This document shows, piece after piece, positions 38,121 through 51,915 of a stretch of DNA of 64,000 nt (the stretch's first letter is position 1; each line of letters opens with the position of its first letter). The translations under genes were made by a program, and so were the position numbers. The DNA is taken from NCBI GenBank assembly GCA_964291415.2, contig OZ219920.1, forward strand, positions 1,472,001 to 1,536,000. Direction: 5' to 3'. Source of the stretch: Alphaproteobacteria bacterium (GTDB lineage Bacteria > Pseudomonadota > Alphaproteobacteria > SP197). Under the pieces are notes generated by a model. It did not search any database. It was not told the DNA's origin and was given only the letters and a program-made list of their open reading frames with translations.

Positions 38121-38612
38121 ATGGAGCATCTGTTCGAGGATCCTTCCTTCTGGGTGGCCGTCGCCTTCGTGGTCGCCGTTGCCATCGCCGCCAGGCCGCT
38201 TTCTTCCTGGATCATATCCGCACTCGACAGGCGCAGCGGGGAGATCGCAAGACGACTCGATGAAGCGAACGCGCTGAACGAGGAGGCAAGGGAACTGCTC
38301 TCTTCCTACCGGCGCAAGCATCGCGAGGCGGAAGCCGAGATCGCCGACATCATGGCGCGGGCGCACGAGGAAGCGGAAACCCTGAAGCGCAATGCGTCCC
38401 GCGAGCTCCAGGCGAGATTGGCCCAACGGCGCCAGGCGGCACAGGAGAGAATCCGTCAGGCCGAGGCCGATGCCGTCAATCAGGTTCGCGAAGCTGCGGT
38501 CGATCTCGCCCTTGGAGCCACGGCACGACTCATCCACGCGCGGCTTGACGACAGCGAACAGTCGCGCCTCGTGGGCGAAGCCATCGACGAGCTCGACCAG
38601 CGCCTCGCCTGA
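38121..38612 (+). CDS. atpF: ATP synthase Fo subunit b
   Basis: FWVAVAF, LDRRSGEI, coiled coil. Confidence 0.92.
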   Translation: MEHLFEDPSFWVAVAFVVAVAIAARPLSSWIISALDRRSGEIARRLDEANALNEEARELLSSYRRKHREAEAEIADIMARAHEEAETLKRNASRELQARLAQRRQAAQERIRQAEADAVNQVREAAVDLALGATARLIHARLDDSEQSRLVGEAIDELDQRLA

Positions 38613-38740
38613 ACAGGCCGCACTCCGACGACGCGGCCCACGGACAGCCAATCAATGCCTGACCGGGTGTCATTCCTGGCTTCGTGAGGTGCGCCGGAAA
38701 GAGGGGCGACGTCTGACAAGGCACCATTCTCTGAGGCGGG

Positions 38741-40222
38741 TCAGTCAGGCGTCCAGGTCAGCACGGGACGGCGGGCAGCCGCCGTTTCGTCCAGCCTCTT
38801 CCAGGGTGCGAAACGCGGCGCGTTGTGGAAGAGGTCCTGATTCCCCTTCCTCGCTTCCTCCGCCAGATGCACCATGACATCGCAGAACCGGTCGATGCTC
38901 TGACGGCTTTCGGTTTCCGTCGGCTCGATGAGCATGGCGCCGTGGACGATGAGCGGGAAATACACGGTCATGGGATGGTATCCCTCGTCGATCATCGCCT
39001 TGGCAATGTCGAGGGTGGAGATCCCCGTATCCTTCAGATTCCCGTCGTCGAACAGGCACTCGTGCATGCATGGTCCCGGAAACGGCGCGTTGTAGGCGTC
39101 GGAAAGACGCGCCAGCACGTAGTTGGCATTCAGCACGGCATCCTCGGCGACCTGGCGCAGCCCGTCGGCGCCATGACTCATCATGTAGGCGAGTGCCCGC
39201 ACAAACATGCCCATCTGCCCGTGGAAACTGCGCAGGCGACCGAACGCCAGTCCGTCGCTGTCGTGCTCGATGAGCCGCCAGTCGTCGCCATCGGCCTCGA
39301 TGCGCGGCAATGGCGCAAAGGGCACCAGCTCTCCGCAAAGAACCACCGGACCACTCCCCGGACCCCCTCCTCCGTGGGGAGTCGAGAAGGTCTTGTGAAG
39401 ATTGATGTGCATCGCGTCCACACCGAGGTCTCCCGGCCTCACCCGGCCGACGATGGCGTTGAAGTTGGCGCCATCGGCATAGAGAAAGGCTCCCGCAGAG
39501 TGCAGCATGTCGGCGATTGTCATGATGTCGGTCTCGAAGAGCCCGCAGGTGTTGGGATTGGTCAACATCAGGGCGGCAACGTCGTCGTCGAGGGCTCGCT
39601 CGAAGGCAGCCAAGTCGACACGTCCTCTGGCGTCGCAGGGCACGGTGTCGACACGGTAGTCGCAGAGCGCTGCCGTCGCCGGGTTCGTGCCGTGGGCCGA
39701 CTCGGGAACGAGGATCCTGCGTCGCGCATCGCCCCTGGCAGTGAGAGCGGCACGAATGCACATCAGGCCGCCAAACTCGCCGTGCGCACCAGCCGCCGGT
39801 GACATGGCCACGCCCTGCATGCCGGTGAGAGTGGTGAGCCAATGCGCCAGAGTGGCCATGAGTTCCAGGCAGCCCTGTACCGTCGCCGGTGGCTGCAAGG
39901 GGTGCGCCATGGCAAATCCCGGCAGACGGGCGACCTTCTCGTTTATCCGGGGATTGTGCTTCATGGTGCACGACCCCAGGGGATAGAGACCCGAATCGAT
40001 CGCGTAGTTCTTCTGCGACAACCGCGTGAAGTGACGGATCACTTCGGGTTCCGAGACCCCTGGCAGGCCGATGGACTGGCGCTTCTTGACGCCGCCCAGC
40101 TTCGGGGCCTTGCCTTCCGGTTCCGGAAGATCGACTCCGCTGTGCCCGCCACTGTCGAGTTCGAACAGCAGCGGTTCGTCCATGACCAAGCCGCGATGGC
40201 CACCCGATGTCACGTCGCTCAT
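38741..40222 (-). CDS. gcvPB: Glycine dehydrogenase subunit 2
   Basis: [30 protein letters not shown]. Confidence 0.96.
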   Translation of the reverse strand: MSDVTSGGHRGLVMDEPLLFELDSGGHSGVDLPEPEGKAPKLGGVKKRQSIGLPGVSEPEVIRHFTRLSQKNYAIDSGLYPLGSCTMKHNPRINEKVARLPGFAMAHPLQPPATVQGCLELMATLAHWLTTLTGMQGVAMSPAAGAHGEFGGLMCIRAALTARGDARRRILVPESAHGTNPATAALCDYRVDTVPCDARGRVDLAAFERALDDDVAALMLTNPNTCGLFETDIMTIADMLHSAGAFLYADGANFNAIVGRVRPGDLGVDAMHINLHKTFSTPHGGGGPGSGPVVLCGELVPFAPLPRIEADGDDWRLIEHDSDGLAFGRLRSFHGQMGMFVRALAYMMSHGADGLRQVAEDAVLNANYVLARLSDAYNAPFPGPCMHECLFDDGNLKDTGISTLDIAKAMIDEGYHPMTVYFPLIVHGAMLIEPTETESRQSIDRFCDVMVHLAEEARKGNQDLFHNAPRFAPWKRLDETAAARRPVLTWTPD

Positions 40223-41562
40223 GACAGGATCTCCTGCAGAGCGCCTGCGAGAGCGTCGATCTCCGCGGCCATCGTCATTTCGGTCGCGGCCACCAGCATG
40301 AGGTTCGCCAGCGCGCCATTCGCCGGTTCGAAGCGCGACACCGGAACACCCCCCAGGATGCCCCGCTCGGCGAGCTGGTCGACGACGTCCTGGGCAGGCC
40401 GGGGGAGTTCAAGCGTGAACTCGTTGAAGAATCCGTCGTTCGGCGTGGAAACTCCGTCGATGGCCACGAGCTTTTCCATGGCCCGCTGCGCCGCTTCGTG
40501 GTTGAGGGTGGCCAGTCGGGCAAGGCCCGTTTCCCCGAGCAGCGCAAGATGGATGGTGAAGGCAAGGGCGCACAGACCCGAGTTGGTGCAGATGTTGCTG
40601 GTCGCCTTTTCGCGCCGGATGTGCTGCTCGCGTGTCGACAGGGTGAGAACCCAGCCCCTGCGTCCGTCGGCGTCCACGGTCTCGCCGGCCAGCCGTCCCG
40701 GCATCTGGCGGACATGGCGTTTCCTGGTGGCGAAGAGACCGACATAGGGTCCGCCAAACCCCAAGGAATTGCCCAGTGACTGGCCCTCGCAGACAACGAT
40801 GTCGGCTCCCATCTCGCCAGGCGGGTTGAGAAGGCCGAGCGATACCACTTCGCTCACGGCGACGACCAGAAGAGCCCCCGCGCTGTGGCAGGCTTCGGCC
40901 AGTGCCGAGACGTCATGCAGACGGCCGAAGAAGTCCGGGGTCTGCACGACGACACAGGCCGTCGACCCGTCGATCTGTGATTCGAGGTCAGTCTCGTCAA
41001 CGGCCATGGGCAGCGTCACCACATCAAGGTCGGCATGGCGTACGTACGTGGCAACGGTATCGCGGTAGTGGGGATGAAGCCCGCCCGACACGACGGCCCG
41101 CCGCCGCCTCGTCACGCGGCTTGCCATGAGAACGGCTTCCGCCGCCGCGGAAGCGCCGTCATACATCGAGGCGTTGGCGATCTCCATGCCCGTCAGCATG
41201 GCCACCATGGTCTGGAACTCGAAGAGCATCTGCAGGGTGCCCTGGGAAATCTCCGGCTGGTAGGGCGTGTAGGAGGTGAGAAACTCGCCGCGCTGGATGA
41301 GGGCATCCACGGCTGCCGGCACATGGTGGCGATAGGCGCCGCAACCGAGGAAGAACGGCGCGTTGGCACCGTGCAGATTTCTCTCCGCCATGGCGGAGAG
41401 CGCCCTTTCAACCTCGATTTCTCCCTGATGGAGCGGCAGGTCGAGCAGCTCCTCGCGCCACACGTCCTGGGGCACATCGCCATAGAGATCATCAATGCTG
41501 CGGACTCCGACCACTTCGAGCATGGCGGCGCGGTCGGTATCTGTCAGGGGCAGATAGCGCAT
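40219..41562 (-). CDS. gcvPA: Glycine dehydrogenase subunit 1
   Basis: [33 protein letters not shown]. Confidence 0.96.
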   Translation of the reverse strand: MRYLPLTDTDRAAMLEVVGVRSIDDLYGDVPQDVWREELLDLPLHQGEIEVERALSAMAERNLHGANAPFFLGCGAYRHHVPAAVDALIQRGEFLTSYTPYQPEISQGTLQMLFEFQTMVAMLTGMEIANASMYDGASAAAEAVLMASRVTRRRRAVVSGGLHPHYRDTVATYVRHADLDVVTLPMAVDETDLESQIDGSTACVVVQTPDFFGRLHDVSALAEACHSAGALLVVAVSEVVSLGLLNPPGEMGADIVVCEGQSLGNSLGFGGPYVGLFATRKRHVRQMPGRLAGETVDADGRRGWVLTLSTREQHIRREKATSNICTNSGLCALAFTIHLALLGETGLARLATLNHEAAQRAMEKLVAIDGVSTPNDGFFNEFTLELPRPAQDVVDQLAERGILGGVPVSRFEPANGALANLMLVAATEMTMAAEIDALAGALQEILS

Positions 41563-41939
41563 CAGGCAAGCTCCGAGAGGTAGTCCCCGTAGGCGTCCTC
41601 GTCCATCAGTTCGTCGAGTTCGCCGGCGTCCGCGAGCCGGATCCGCACGAACCAGCCCGAACCATAGGGATCGGCATTGACCTCCGCCGGGTCGTCGCCG
41701 AGCGCGTCGTTGACCTCGACGACCTCTCCGGAGACGGGAGCGTAGACTTCGCTGGCCGCCTTGACCGACTCGACAACGCACAGTTCGTCATTGCGCGCCA
41801 CCTTCCCCCCTGTTTCCGGCAACTCCACGAAGACGACATCTCCGAGCTGATCCTGGGCATAGTCGGAGATGCCGACGGTGCCGATGTCATCGTCGACATC
41901 GATCCACTCGTGTTCCTTGCTGTAGAGCCTGTTCCCCAT
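41562..41939 (-). CDS. gcvH: Glycine cleavage system H protein
   Basis: [18 protein letters not shown] lipoyl-lysine motif. Confidence 0.97.
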   Translation of the reverse strand: MGNRLYSKEHEWIDVDDDIGTVGISDYAQDQLGDVVFVELPETGGKVARNDELCVVESVKAASEVYAPVSGEVVEVNDALGDDPAEVNADPYGSGWFVRIRLADAGELDELMDEDAYGDYLSELA

Positions 41940-41958
41940 GGTGTCGTCTCCCTTCACG

Positions 41959-43095
41959 TCACCGGTTTCTCGATCGGTGATAGCGGTGTGGCACGAACGG
42001 CAGTGGCCGGATCTCGGCCTCTACCCATGAACTCCGTCTCTCAATCTCGACCACAGTACCGGTTGAGGCCGCCTCGCTCGCCACATAGCCCATGGCGATC
42101 GGCCCTTGTGCCGTCGGACCGAAGGCGCCGCTCGTCACGGCTCCGAGAAGCGCGCCCGATGAGGAGCGAATGGCCGCCCCTTCCCTCACCGGAGCCCGTC
42201 CTTGCGGAACCAGGCCGACCCGGTGCCTTGGCGGGCCGTCGCGCAGCTGCGAGACAATGACGTCGGCGCCGGGAAAACCGCCCTCGAGACGCCGCCGCTT
42301 CTGAATTGACCAGGCGAGGCCCGCCTCGACCGGCGTCGTCGTGGTGTCGATATCGTGGCCGTGAAGGCACAGGCCGGCCTCCAGGCGCAGGCTGTCCCGC
42401 GCGCCAAGCCCGGCCGGCTCGACACCGTCCCCGGCAAGCAGGCGCCGGGCCAGGGACTCGACACCACGGGAGGAGACCGAAACCTCCACGCCGTCCTCGC
42501 CGGTGTAGCCGGAACGGCTGACCAGGAGGGTCTCGCCTTCTTGGGACCACAGTGCCGCCTGCATGAAGGAAAGGCTTTCCGATTCCGGGACCAGCCGTGC
42601 GAAAGCGGCCACGGCTGCCGGCCCCTGCAGGGCGAGGAGAGCCCGTGTCTCGAGGACCTCGATATCGCACTCCTCGCCAATCAGCACGTCCAGGCGCTCG
42701 AAGTCGTCGTGCTTGCGGGCCGCATTCACCACCAGCCACAGGTGATCGCCGAGCGAGGTGACCATCAGGTCGTCAAGTATGCCTCCGGTTCCGTTGGTGA
42801 ACTGGGTGTAGCGCTGCCTTCCGGGATCCAGGCCGACGATATCCGCTGTCACCAGACGCTCGAGGGCGCGGGCCACACTCTCCATGGACGACCCCGGCCT
42901 GGCCGAAAGGCGGACCTGGCCCATGTGGGAGACGTCGAAGAGGCCGGCATATCCGCGCGTATGGCGATGTTCGGCAAGGATGCCGGTCCGGTACTGCAAC
43001 GGCATGGCATAGCCGGCAAAGGGAACCATGCGAGCTCCCAGTTCCCGGTGGAGGACGCCAAGAGGAGTCTCGAGGAGAGTGTCATCAGGGGTCAC
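41959..43095 (-). CDS. gcvT: Glycine cleavage system T protein
   Basis: MVPFAGY, LFDVSHMG, SRSGYTGEDG, GLGARDSLRLEAG; GTG start inferred. Confidence 0.96.
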   Translation of the reverse strand: MTPDDTLLETPLGVLHRELGARMVPFAGYAMPLQYRTGILAEHRHTRGYAGLFDVSHMGQVRLSARPGSSMESVARALERLVTADIVGLDPGRQRYTQFTNGTGGILDDLMVTSLGDHLWLVVNAARKHDDFERLDVLIGEECDIEVLETRALLALQGPAAVAAFARLVPESESLSFMQAALWSQEGETLLVSRSGYTGEDGVEVSVSSRGVESLARRLLAGDGVEPAGLGARDSLRLEAGLCLHGHDIDTTTTPVEAGLAWSIQKRRRLEGGFPGADVIVSQLRDGPPRHRVGLVPQGRAPVREGAAIRSSSGALLGAVTSGAFGPTAQGPIAMGYVASEAASTGTVVEIERRSSWVEAEIRPLPFVPHRYHRSRNR

Positions 43096-43142
43096 TGAAC
43101 CTGTTCCGGCCGTTGCAAAGGGGGCGCACACACGTCCGCCTT

Positions 43143-43325
43143 GCCCCCTCTGTCACCGAACCTGAGAGCGTCACCGGAACTCCGGCTTTCCCCTTCGGTG
43201 AGAAGACGCGTCAGCGCCTTCTTCTCTCCAGAGCAGCCATTCACCTGCGGTCCCTTTGCCTGAGAGATTTCGGGACAGATTGCACCTTCGGCGCCGGTCT
43301 CGGGACCGGTCTCTCCCGCAGGTTT
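43143..43325 (-). ncRNA. Tandem glycine riboswitch
   Basis: Two aptamers upstream of gcvT: GGAGAG..CGCCGAAG..CTCTCAGG and CTCTGGAGAG..CACCGAAG..CTCTCAGG..GACAGAG. Confidence 0.95.
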
Positions 43326-43339
43326 CAGCGGCTTCGAAG

Positions 43340-43368
43340 ACTATTGAACCCGCCACCCGCCCTGTCAA
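43340..43368 (-). promoter_or_regulatory. Sigma70-type promoter of the gcv operon
   Basis: TTGACA-17 nt-AATAGT directly upstream of the riboswitch. Confidence 0.65.
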
Positions 43369-43485
43369 CCTCCAACCGGCAGCCAGAAGGCACACGATCT
43401 TGATTGACCTGCCGGCACTGCACCTGTCGGGGGAGCAAATCGGCGTCACATGGTGGCGCCAAAGCCTGACTGAGTCGGGAGTCCC

Positions 43486-44537
43486 TCACGCGGGAACCTG
43501 CTGGGTGATGCAGCCGAGACCGCCCCCGCCGACGGCCTGCCAGAGGCTGGGGACCGGCACGATCTCGCGACCCGGAAAGGCGTCCTCGAGAATGGACCAA
43601 CCCAGGTCGTCGAGCCGTGAATCCACCTGTGGGGCGATGATGGCCCCGTTGCAGACATAGGCATTCGTGTAGGGAATGACGTAGTGCTCTGAACCGTGTT
43701 GCTGGTAGGGCAGAACCGGCATCTCGACGATGTCCAGGGATCGTCCCTTCGCATCGGTCGCTTGCGTGAGACGCCGCAGGTTTTCCTGCAGGAGCGCATG
43801 GTTGGGGTTGGAACGCTCGGACACGACCTGCACGATGGTTGGGGTTGGAGAACGCGTCCCGGTTCGATGAACTCGACCACGTTGTCGACGTGTCCGTCCG
43901 TTTCCATGTCCTCAACCAGGCCGAGTCCCAGCCAGATCACCCGTGTGATGCCCAGATGGTCGTGAAGCATGGCCTCGATTTGGTCTCTCGACATGCCGCG
44001 GTAGCGGTTGTCGTTCCGCATCACCTGCTCGGTGGTGATCAGTGTCCCCTCCCCGTCCACCGAGATGCCGCCGCCTTCGCAGATGAAGGGTGTCCGGTAG
44101 CAACGAAACCCGAGATGCTCGACGACCTGTCTTGGCATCTCCTGCGTCCTGCCGCAGGGGTAGCGGCCACCCCATCCGTTGAAACCAAAATGGACGCCCG
44201 CGACATCGCCCGTCTCGCTGCGAACGAAGATCGGTCCGTTGTCCCTGAGCCAGCAGTTGTCGACGGGCACCACCAGGAGCTCCGCCTCGTCTCCAAGGCG
44301 ATTGCGGGCGTCATCCTCGTCGCGCGGATCGACGATGAGAGTGACAGGCTCAAAGCGGCTGATGGCCCTGGCCGTTGCCTCCACCTCATCACGAAATCCG
44401 TCGACGTCCGTTCCGACCTCCTCTTCGATCGGCGGCCACGTCAGCAACGTGCGGGCGTGCCGCTCGAAGCGGCCCGGCATGACGTAACCGTCTTCAAACG
44501 GCGTCGCCCGGACCGGCGGCGCATCCTGGTCTGCCAC
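43486..44537 (-). pseudogene. Agmatine deiminase family gene, frameshifted by a 14-nt insertion
   Basis: WLRDNGP, EGGGI, TDGHVDN in one frame; YTNAY and GGGGLGCITQQ in another; the frames join if 43834-43847 is removed. Confidence 0.88.
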
Positions 44538-44738
44538 CAGGGTTTCCTCCTGTCATGACAACCTGACCCTGCCACACGATGGTTCATCGGCAAAGCGGAT
44601 TGGCCGCATCGTGTGCCAACCGCCAGGCAGTTGCAGGCGTGCAGCCTTTCCTCACAGGGCCAACCAGAGCCTGGCTCAGTCCGGCGCCCCAGGGTGGACG
44701 ATGGCGGACCGCGTTGCTCCCCCTGCCGGCAGAACGTG

Positions 44739-45488
44739 TCAGGGAGGGGCGACCACTGTCGACAGCGTCGGGCCGATTTCACGGTGGAGGATGAGGTCGG
44801 CGCTCGGATCGTGGTCGGTGGCCTCGCGGTTGAGGATGACGAGGGCGGCACCGTTCTGCTTGGCCAGAAGCGGGAACGAGGCCGCCGGCCAGACCACGAG
44901 CGAGGACCCGATGGCAAGGAAGAGATCGCAGGAAAGCGCTGCCGCGCGTGCCCGTTCCATCGCTTCGGCGGGCATCGGCTGGCCAAAGGAGATGGTTGCC
45001 GTCTTGACGATGCCGCCGCAGGCCCTGCACTGGGGAATTGTGCCGTCCGCGCGGAAGGCCTTCAGGATCGGATCGAGCGCGTGGCGTTCGCCACAGGCAA
45101 GACAGGCGGCATAGGTGCTGTTGCCGTGAAGTTCGATGATCTTCTCTTCGGGAACACCTGACGCCTGGTGCAGTCCGTCGATGTTCTGCGTGATGAGAGC
45201 GCTCACCTTGCCCATGGCCACGAGGTGGGCCACCGCCGCATGACCCGGATTGGGCCTTGCTTCGACCATGTCGCGTTCGATTTCGATCCGGCGGCGCCAC
45301 GACTCGCGCCGTGCCTCGATGGAGGTCATGAAGTCGTCAAACATGATCGGCGTGGTGCGCGACCAGATGCCGCCGGGGCTGCGGAAATCCGGAATTCCCG
45401 ATTCCGTCGAGATTCCTGCGCCCGTGAAGACGACAACACGCCGGGCCTCGGCAAGCATGGTCCGCAACCGGTCGAGATCCCCTGTCAT
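44739..45488 (-). CDS. Sir2-family NAD-dependent deacylase
   Basis: GAGISTESGIPDFR, TQNIDGLHQ, ELHG, two CxxC pairs, GSSL. Confidence 0.93.
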   Translation of the reverse strand: MTGDLDRLRTMLAEARRVVVFTGAGISTESGIPDFRSPGGIWSRTTPIMFDDFMTSIEARRESWRRRIEIERDMVEARPNPGHAAVAHLVAMGKVSALITQNIDGLHQASGVPEEKIIELHGNSTYAACLACGERHALDPILKAFRADGTIPQCRACGGIVKTATISFGQPMPAEAMERARAAALSCDLFLAIGSSLVVWPAASFPLLAKQNGAALVILNREATDHDPSADLILHREIGPTLSTVVAPP

Positions 45489-46288
45489 GACGGTATCGAA
45501 GCAACGCCCTTGATGAACGCCACCGCATGGCCGGCGATATCGATCCTGTCGTGTCTCAGCCTGCAATGGAGTTCGCCGCCGCGTTGCGACACCTGAAGGG
45601 CGTGGATGGTTTCAGTTCCCAGGCGACCCGCCCAGTAGGGAACGATCATGCAATGGGCCGAACCGGTGACAGGGTCTTCCGGTATTCCGTGATCAGGAGC
45701 AAAGAACCGGGAAACAACGTCTCCGGCATCACTCGAACAGGGAGCGGTGGCAATCACGCCCCTGCCCCCTCCCTCAAGCGCTGCGCCGAGATCCCTCATG
45801 TCCGGCTCCAGGGACCGGACCTCGGTCTCGCTGGCGTAGACGAAAAGATGATTGCTGCCGCACAAGGTCTCCACCGGTGGCGTGCCAACGGCCGCAACGA
45901 TCTCGCCCGGCGGCTCGCATGGGACCGGAGTCTCTGCCGGAAAGTCGAGGACGAACAGATCGCCCTGGCGGCGTACGCCGAGGCGGCCGCTCGCCGTGAT
46001 GAACCACACCTCGTCTGCCGTCGTGTCGATCTCCGTCATGACGACGAACCCGGACGCAAGCGTGGCGTGACCGCAAAGAGGCACTTCGACAACGGGCGTG
46101 AACCAGCGCAGCTGGTAGTCCCGGTCCGCCTGCCGCACCAGGAAGGCCGTCTCGGAGAGATTGTTTTCTGCCGCAATGGCCTGCAGCGTGGTGTCCGGTA
46201 CCCACCTTTCCAGCACCATCACCGCGGCGGGATTGCCCCTGAACACCTCGCCGGTGAACGCGTCGACCTGGTAGAAGGGACAGCGCAC
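45485..46288 (-). CDS. PhzF family isomerase
   Basis: VDAF, GNPA, NLSETAF, LCGHATLA, EDPVTGSAH. Confidence 0.93.
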   Translation of the reverse strand: MRCPFYQVDAFTGEVFRGNPAAVMVLERWVPDTTLQAIAAENNLSETAFLVRQADRDYQLRWFTPVVEVPLCGHATLASGFVVMTEIDTTADEVWFITASGRLGVRRQGDLFVLDFPAETPVPCEPPGEIVAAVGTPPVETLCGSNHLFVYASETEVRSLEPDMRDLGAALEGGGRGVIATAPCSSDAGDVVSRFFAPDHGIPEDPVTGSAHCMIVPYWAGRLGTETIHALQVSQRGGELHCRLRHDRIDIAGHAVAFIKGVASIPS

Positions 46289-46296
46289 GACCTTGT

Positions 46297-47646
46297 TCAG
46301 GCGTCGCCGGCTGCCTGGCGGATGGCGCTCTCGAGTTCGCTCACGAGATGTCGCGCAAGACCGCCGTCGGGGTGCTCCACCATGATCCGGATCAACGGCT
46401 CGGTTCCCGATTCGCGCACGACGACACGCCCGTCAGCGGCGAGACGGGCGCGCGACGAAGCCAGGACGGCCTGAACCGCGTCGCTTGCCAGAGACGTTCT
46501 GCCATTGAGACGGACATTGCTCGCCACCTGCGGAACCGCTTCGAACTGGTTGGCGATGTCACTCATCGGCCGCCCGCTCCCGACAAGGACGGCAAGCACC
46601 TGCAGGGCAGCGATGAGTCCGTCCCCGGTCGTCGCGTGATCGCCGAAGACCATGTGACCGGAAGGCTCGCCGCCAAAGTTGCAGCCCCTGTCACGCATGC
46701 GTTCCACGATGTAGCGGTCTCCCACCGGCGTGCGCTCGAAACGAAGACCGCGTTCATGGAGGAAGCGTTCGAGGCCGAGATTCGACATCACGGTGCCGAC
46801 GACGGCGCCGCCAGAAAGTTCGCCCCGCCGGTTGAGCCAGTCGCCGAGCAACGCCACGATCTGATCGCCATCGACGAGTGTCCCGTGTTCATCGGCGAAG
46901 ACGGCGCGGTCCGCGTCCCCGTCGATGGCGATGCCGATGTCTGCGCCATGTTCCCTCACCATGCTCTGCATCGCGCCTGGCGCGGTCGAACCGCAGTTCC
47001 GGTTGATGTTCGTGCCGTCCGGGTCGACACCCAGGGGAACGACATCGGCTCCGAGTTCCCAGAGTGCCTCGGGCACCACCCGGTAGCCCGCACCGTTGGC
47101 CGCATCGATGACGATTTTCAGGCCATCGAGACGCAGGTTTCTCGGAAAGATGTTCTTGCAGAACTCGGAGTAGCGCCCCAGGGCGCCCTGGAGGCGCCGC
47201 ACGCGTCCCAGATGGCCGGCGTCCACCCTGGCAGCCGACAGGTCACCGGCCATGCCGCTTTCTATGGCTGCTTCCACCGTGTCGGAGAGCTTGTAGCCGT
47301 CAGGCCCGAAGAGCTTGATCCCGTTGTCCTCGAAGGCGTTGTGGGATGCCGAGATCATCACCCCGAGGTCGGCGCGCATCGAACGCGTCAGAGTGGCCAC
47401 GCCCGGTGTCGGCACCGGTCCGATGAGCAGGACATCCATGCCAACGCTCACGAATCCCGAGGCCATGGCGTACTCGATCATGTAGCAGGAAAGCCGGGTG
47501 TCCTTGCCGATGACGACACGGTGCGTGTGATCGCCCCTGCGGAAGTGAACTCCGGCCGCCATGCCTGCCCGCGACGCCGTCTCGACGGTCATGGGTTCGC
47601 GATTCGCCCGGCCACGTATGCCGTCGGTTCCGAACAACTGCCTCAT
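46297..47646 (-). CDS. glmM: Phosphoglucosamine mutase
   Basis: [28 protein letters not shown]. Confidence 0.97.
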   Translation of the reverse strand: MRQLFGTDGIRGRANREPMTVETASRAGMAAGVHFRRGDHTHRVVIGKDTRLSCYMIEYAMASGFVSVGMDVLLIGPVPTPGVATLTRSMRADLGVMISASHNAFEDNGIKLFGPDGYKLSDTVEAAIESGMAGDLSAARVDAGHLGRVRRLQGALGRYSEFCKNIFPRNLRLDGLKIVIDAANGAGYRVVPEALWELGADVVPLGVDPDGTNINRNCGSTAPGAMQSMVREHGADIGIAIDGDADRAVFADEHGTLVDGDQIVALLGDWLNRRGELSGGAVVGTVMSNLGLERFLHERGLRFERTPVGDRYIVERMRDRGCNFGGEPSGHMVFGDHATTGDGLIAALQVLAVLVGSGRPMSDIANQFEAVPQVASNVRLNGRTSLASDAVQAVLASSRARLAADGRVVVRESGTEPLIRIMVEHPDGGLARHLVSELESAIRQAAGDA

Positions 47647-48697
47647 GTCGATACCGGTTCCGCCATGCCTGACCAGACCTTCACCGCCTGCACCGTATCG
47701 GCCACATCATGGACCCGGAGGAGCTGTACGCCCGCCACCACCCCGGCGAGCGCCGCCGCAATGCTTCCGCCAAGGCGTCTCGCCGGCCTCTCCTCGCCCG
47801 TGATCCTGCCAATGAAACTCTTGCGTGACGCGCCCAGAAGAATGGGACAACCCAGAGCGTGAAACAATGCCAGTTGACGGAGCAGGGTCATGTTGTGGGC
47901 AAATGTCTTGCCGAATCCGATCCCTGGGTCAATGGCGATGTTGGCGCGGGCGATGCCGGCTTCAACGCAGGCGTCAATTCTGCTCTCGAGGTAGTCGTGA
48001 ATGTCGAGGCTGACATGATCATAAGACGGCGCATCCTGCATCGTGCGGGGATCACCCTGCGCGTGCATGAGAATGACCGGCACGCCTGCTCCGGCGACGA
48101 CATCCATGGATGAGGGGTCATGGGTGAGCGCGCTGACATCGTTGACAATCGCAGCGCCAGCGGCGAGGGCCGCGCGCATCACATCCGCCTTTCGGCTGTC
48201 AACGGAGACCAGCGCTCCGGCACCTGCAAGGTGGGTGATGACCGGCAGAACTCGAGCCGTTTCGACACGCCAGTCCACCGGTTCGGCCCCGGGGCGGGTC
48301 GATTCCCCGCCAATATCGAGAATGGCGGCCCCCGCCTCGCGCATGACCTCGCCCTGGGCCACGGCATCGTGCGGGTCGAGAGCCCTGCCGGCATCGGAGA
48401 AACTGTCGGGCGTCGTGTTGATGATGCCCATGACCCGGGGTTCGTCGAGATCGAGTCCGGCGAACGAGCGTGGAGGTGAACGAAGACGACCGACGAGAGT
48501 GACAAGACGCCGGGCTGCGGGCTCAGGCAGGCTTTCGGCCCAGTCGTCCACGCTCGCAGTGTCGATCCGTGCCGCAAACAGGCCATCGGACCTGCGGACG
48601 ATGATCTCCATCGATTCCGTTCCCTGCACCGGCCTGACGTAAGGCTTGCAGTCAGAAGTGAAGAGACCGTCTGGGTCGGTGTTGACAATCGGTGAGG

Positions 48698-48701
<4 letters not shown>
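47643..48701 (-). CDS. folP: Dihydropteroate synthase with N-terminal extension
   Basis: [40 protein letters not shown]. Confidence 0.95.
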
Positions 48702-50623
<1,922 letters not shown>

Positions 50624-50653
50624 GAGTGTCCCGATACCCCGATCTGACAGATA

Positions 50654-51886
50654 TTATGGTGACTGGACGAGCGAATTTCCAGTGCCGGCGCGACGTTGCC
50701 ATTCGCCTGGCGCGCCATTCAGGAAGAGCGGGGCCGTGAGGGGCTGGCGGGGCGCAAAGCGGATGGACGGCGCGCCAGGAGACCAGGGCTCGCCCGACAG
50801 TCGTTCGACCACCGGGAAGGAATCTCCGGCCGGGCGGATGCGCCAGGGGCCATCCGGCGCCGTGACGCGAAACCGTCCATCCCAGAGAATCTCTCCTTCC
50901 CCGCCTTGCCCCTCGATGACGGGCAGATTGCGCCTTTCGCGCCTGATGGTCACCTCCCCGCCACCCTGCCACCGGCAACGGCCAAGCGTGGTGGCCACCC
51001 TCGCGTCGGAATGAAGCAGGCGAGCCAGCCGGCCGGTCTTGTGGGTGGCTGGAGGATAGGCGCGCCCACCCACGGTCGTCGCAAGGCGCACCAGAACCAG
51101 ATCGCGCACATCCGCCGGCAGGCGTTGCCAGCCAGGGCGGTCGAGTGCCGCCACACCCCGACCATCAATGTGCGCCACGTGGGGCAGAAGACGGGCCAAC
51201 TCGCGTTCCAGTTCCGTTCGCCTTTCGGAATTGCCGGCGCCGCAGTCCGGCACACCCTGCTGGCGCAGGCGGACGCGGGCGAACCTGGGATCCCGGTTCA
51301 TGGGGTCATCAAGCCAGTGTTCGCCCCTCTCGCGGAGCGTTGCTTTCAGGCGCGCGGGATGAAAGCCAAGAAGAGGCCGGAGGATCCTGAAGGCTGGCCG
51401 TTCGACACAACGGGACATGCCGGCCAGACCCATCGGACCGCTGCCGGCTTCGATGCGCAGGGCGACCGTCTCCAGGTGGTCCTGACGATGGTGTGCCGTG
51501 AGAAGGTGGAGAACGCCGTGGCGCCGGCAGGCGGTCTCAAGAAGACGATAGCGCGCGTGACGCGCCGTCTCTTCAATGGCGGTTGCCGGTTTCGGCCCGC
51601 TCCAGGTGAGAATCCGTGATGCGATGCCCCGCGTGGAGCATCGGCGTGCCACCACCCGCGCCTCGGCCGCAGATCCGTTCCGCAGGCCGTGGTCGACAAT
51701 GAAGGCCACCAGCGTGCCGTCGTGGACCCGCACCCACTCGTCGGCCAGCAGGAGAAGCGCCGTGCTGTCGGGTCCGCCAGAAAGGGCCACGGCCAGTCGG
51801 GGAGAGGTTTCGAAAGGAGCCAGTACCGCCATGGCTTCGGCGAATTCCGCACGCCCCAGAGGCTCGTGGCCGGCCTCAAGCGACAT
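50654..51886 (-). CDS. tilS: tRNA(Ile)-lysidine synthetase
   Basis: SGGPDS, VDHGLR, ARHARY, AHH.QD.LET, RPLL. Confidence 0.94.
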   Translation of the reverse strand: MSLEAGHEPLGRAEFAEAMAVLAPFETSPRLAVALSGGPDSTALLLLADEWVRVHDGTLVAFIVDHGLRNGSAAEARVVARRCSTRGIASRILTWSGPKPATAIEETARHARYRLLETACRRHGVLHLLTAHHRQDHLETVALRIEAGSGPMGLAGMSRCVERPAFRILRPLLGFHPARLKATLRERGEHWLDDPMNRDPRFARVRLRQQGVPDCGAGNSERRTELERELARLLPHVAHIDGRGVAALDRPGWQRLPADVRDLVLVRLATTVGGRAYPPATHKTGRLARLLHSDARVATTLGRCRWQGGGEVTIRRERRNLPVIEGQGGEGEILWDGRFRVTAPDGPWRIRPAGDSFPVVERLSGEPWSPGAPSIRFAPRQPLTAPLFLNGAPGEWQRRAGTGNSLVQSP

Positions 51887-51915
51887 CGCGAAGGATGACC
51901 CAGGCACGACGGATA

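Noticed and set aside
38741-41562. Split glycine dehydrogenase as a broken gene
   Set aside because: The two-subunit GcvPA/GcvPB form is a known normal arrangement
43486-44537. Programmed ribosomal frameshift in the agmatine deiminase
   Set aside because: No canonical slippery heptamer; removing a discrete 14-nt duplicated segment explains the break
44605-44620. Sigma54 promoter (TTGGCAC...TGC) upstream of the agmatine deiminase
   Set aside because: GG-to-GC spacing is 8 nt rather than the required 10
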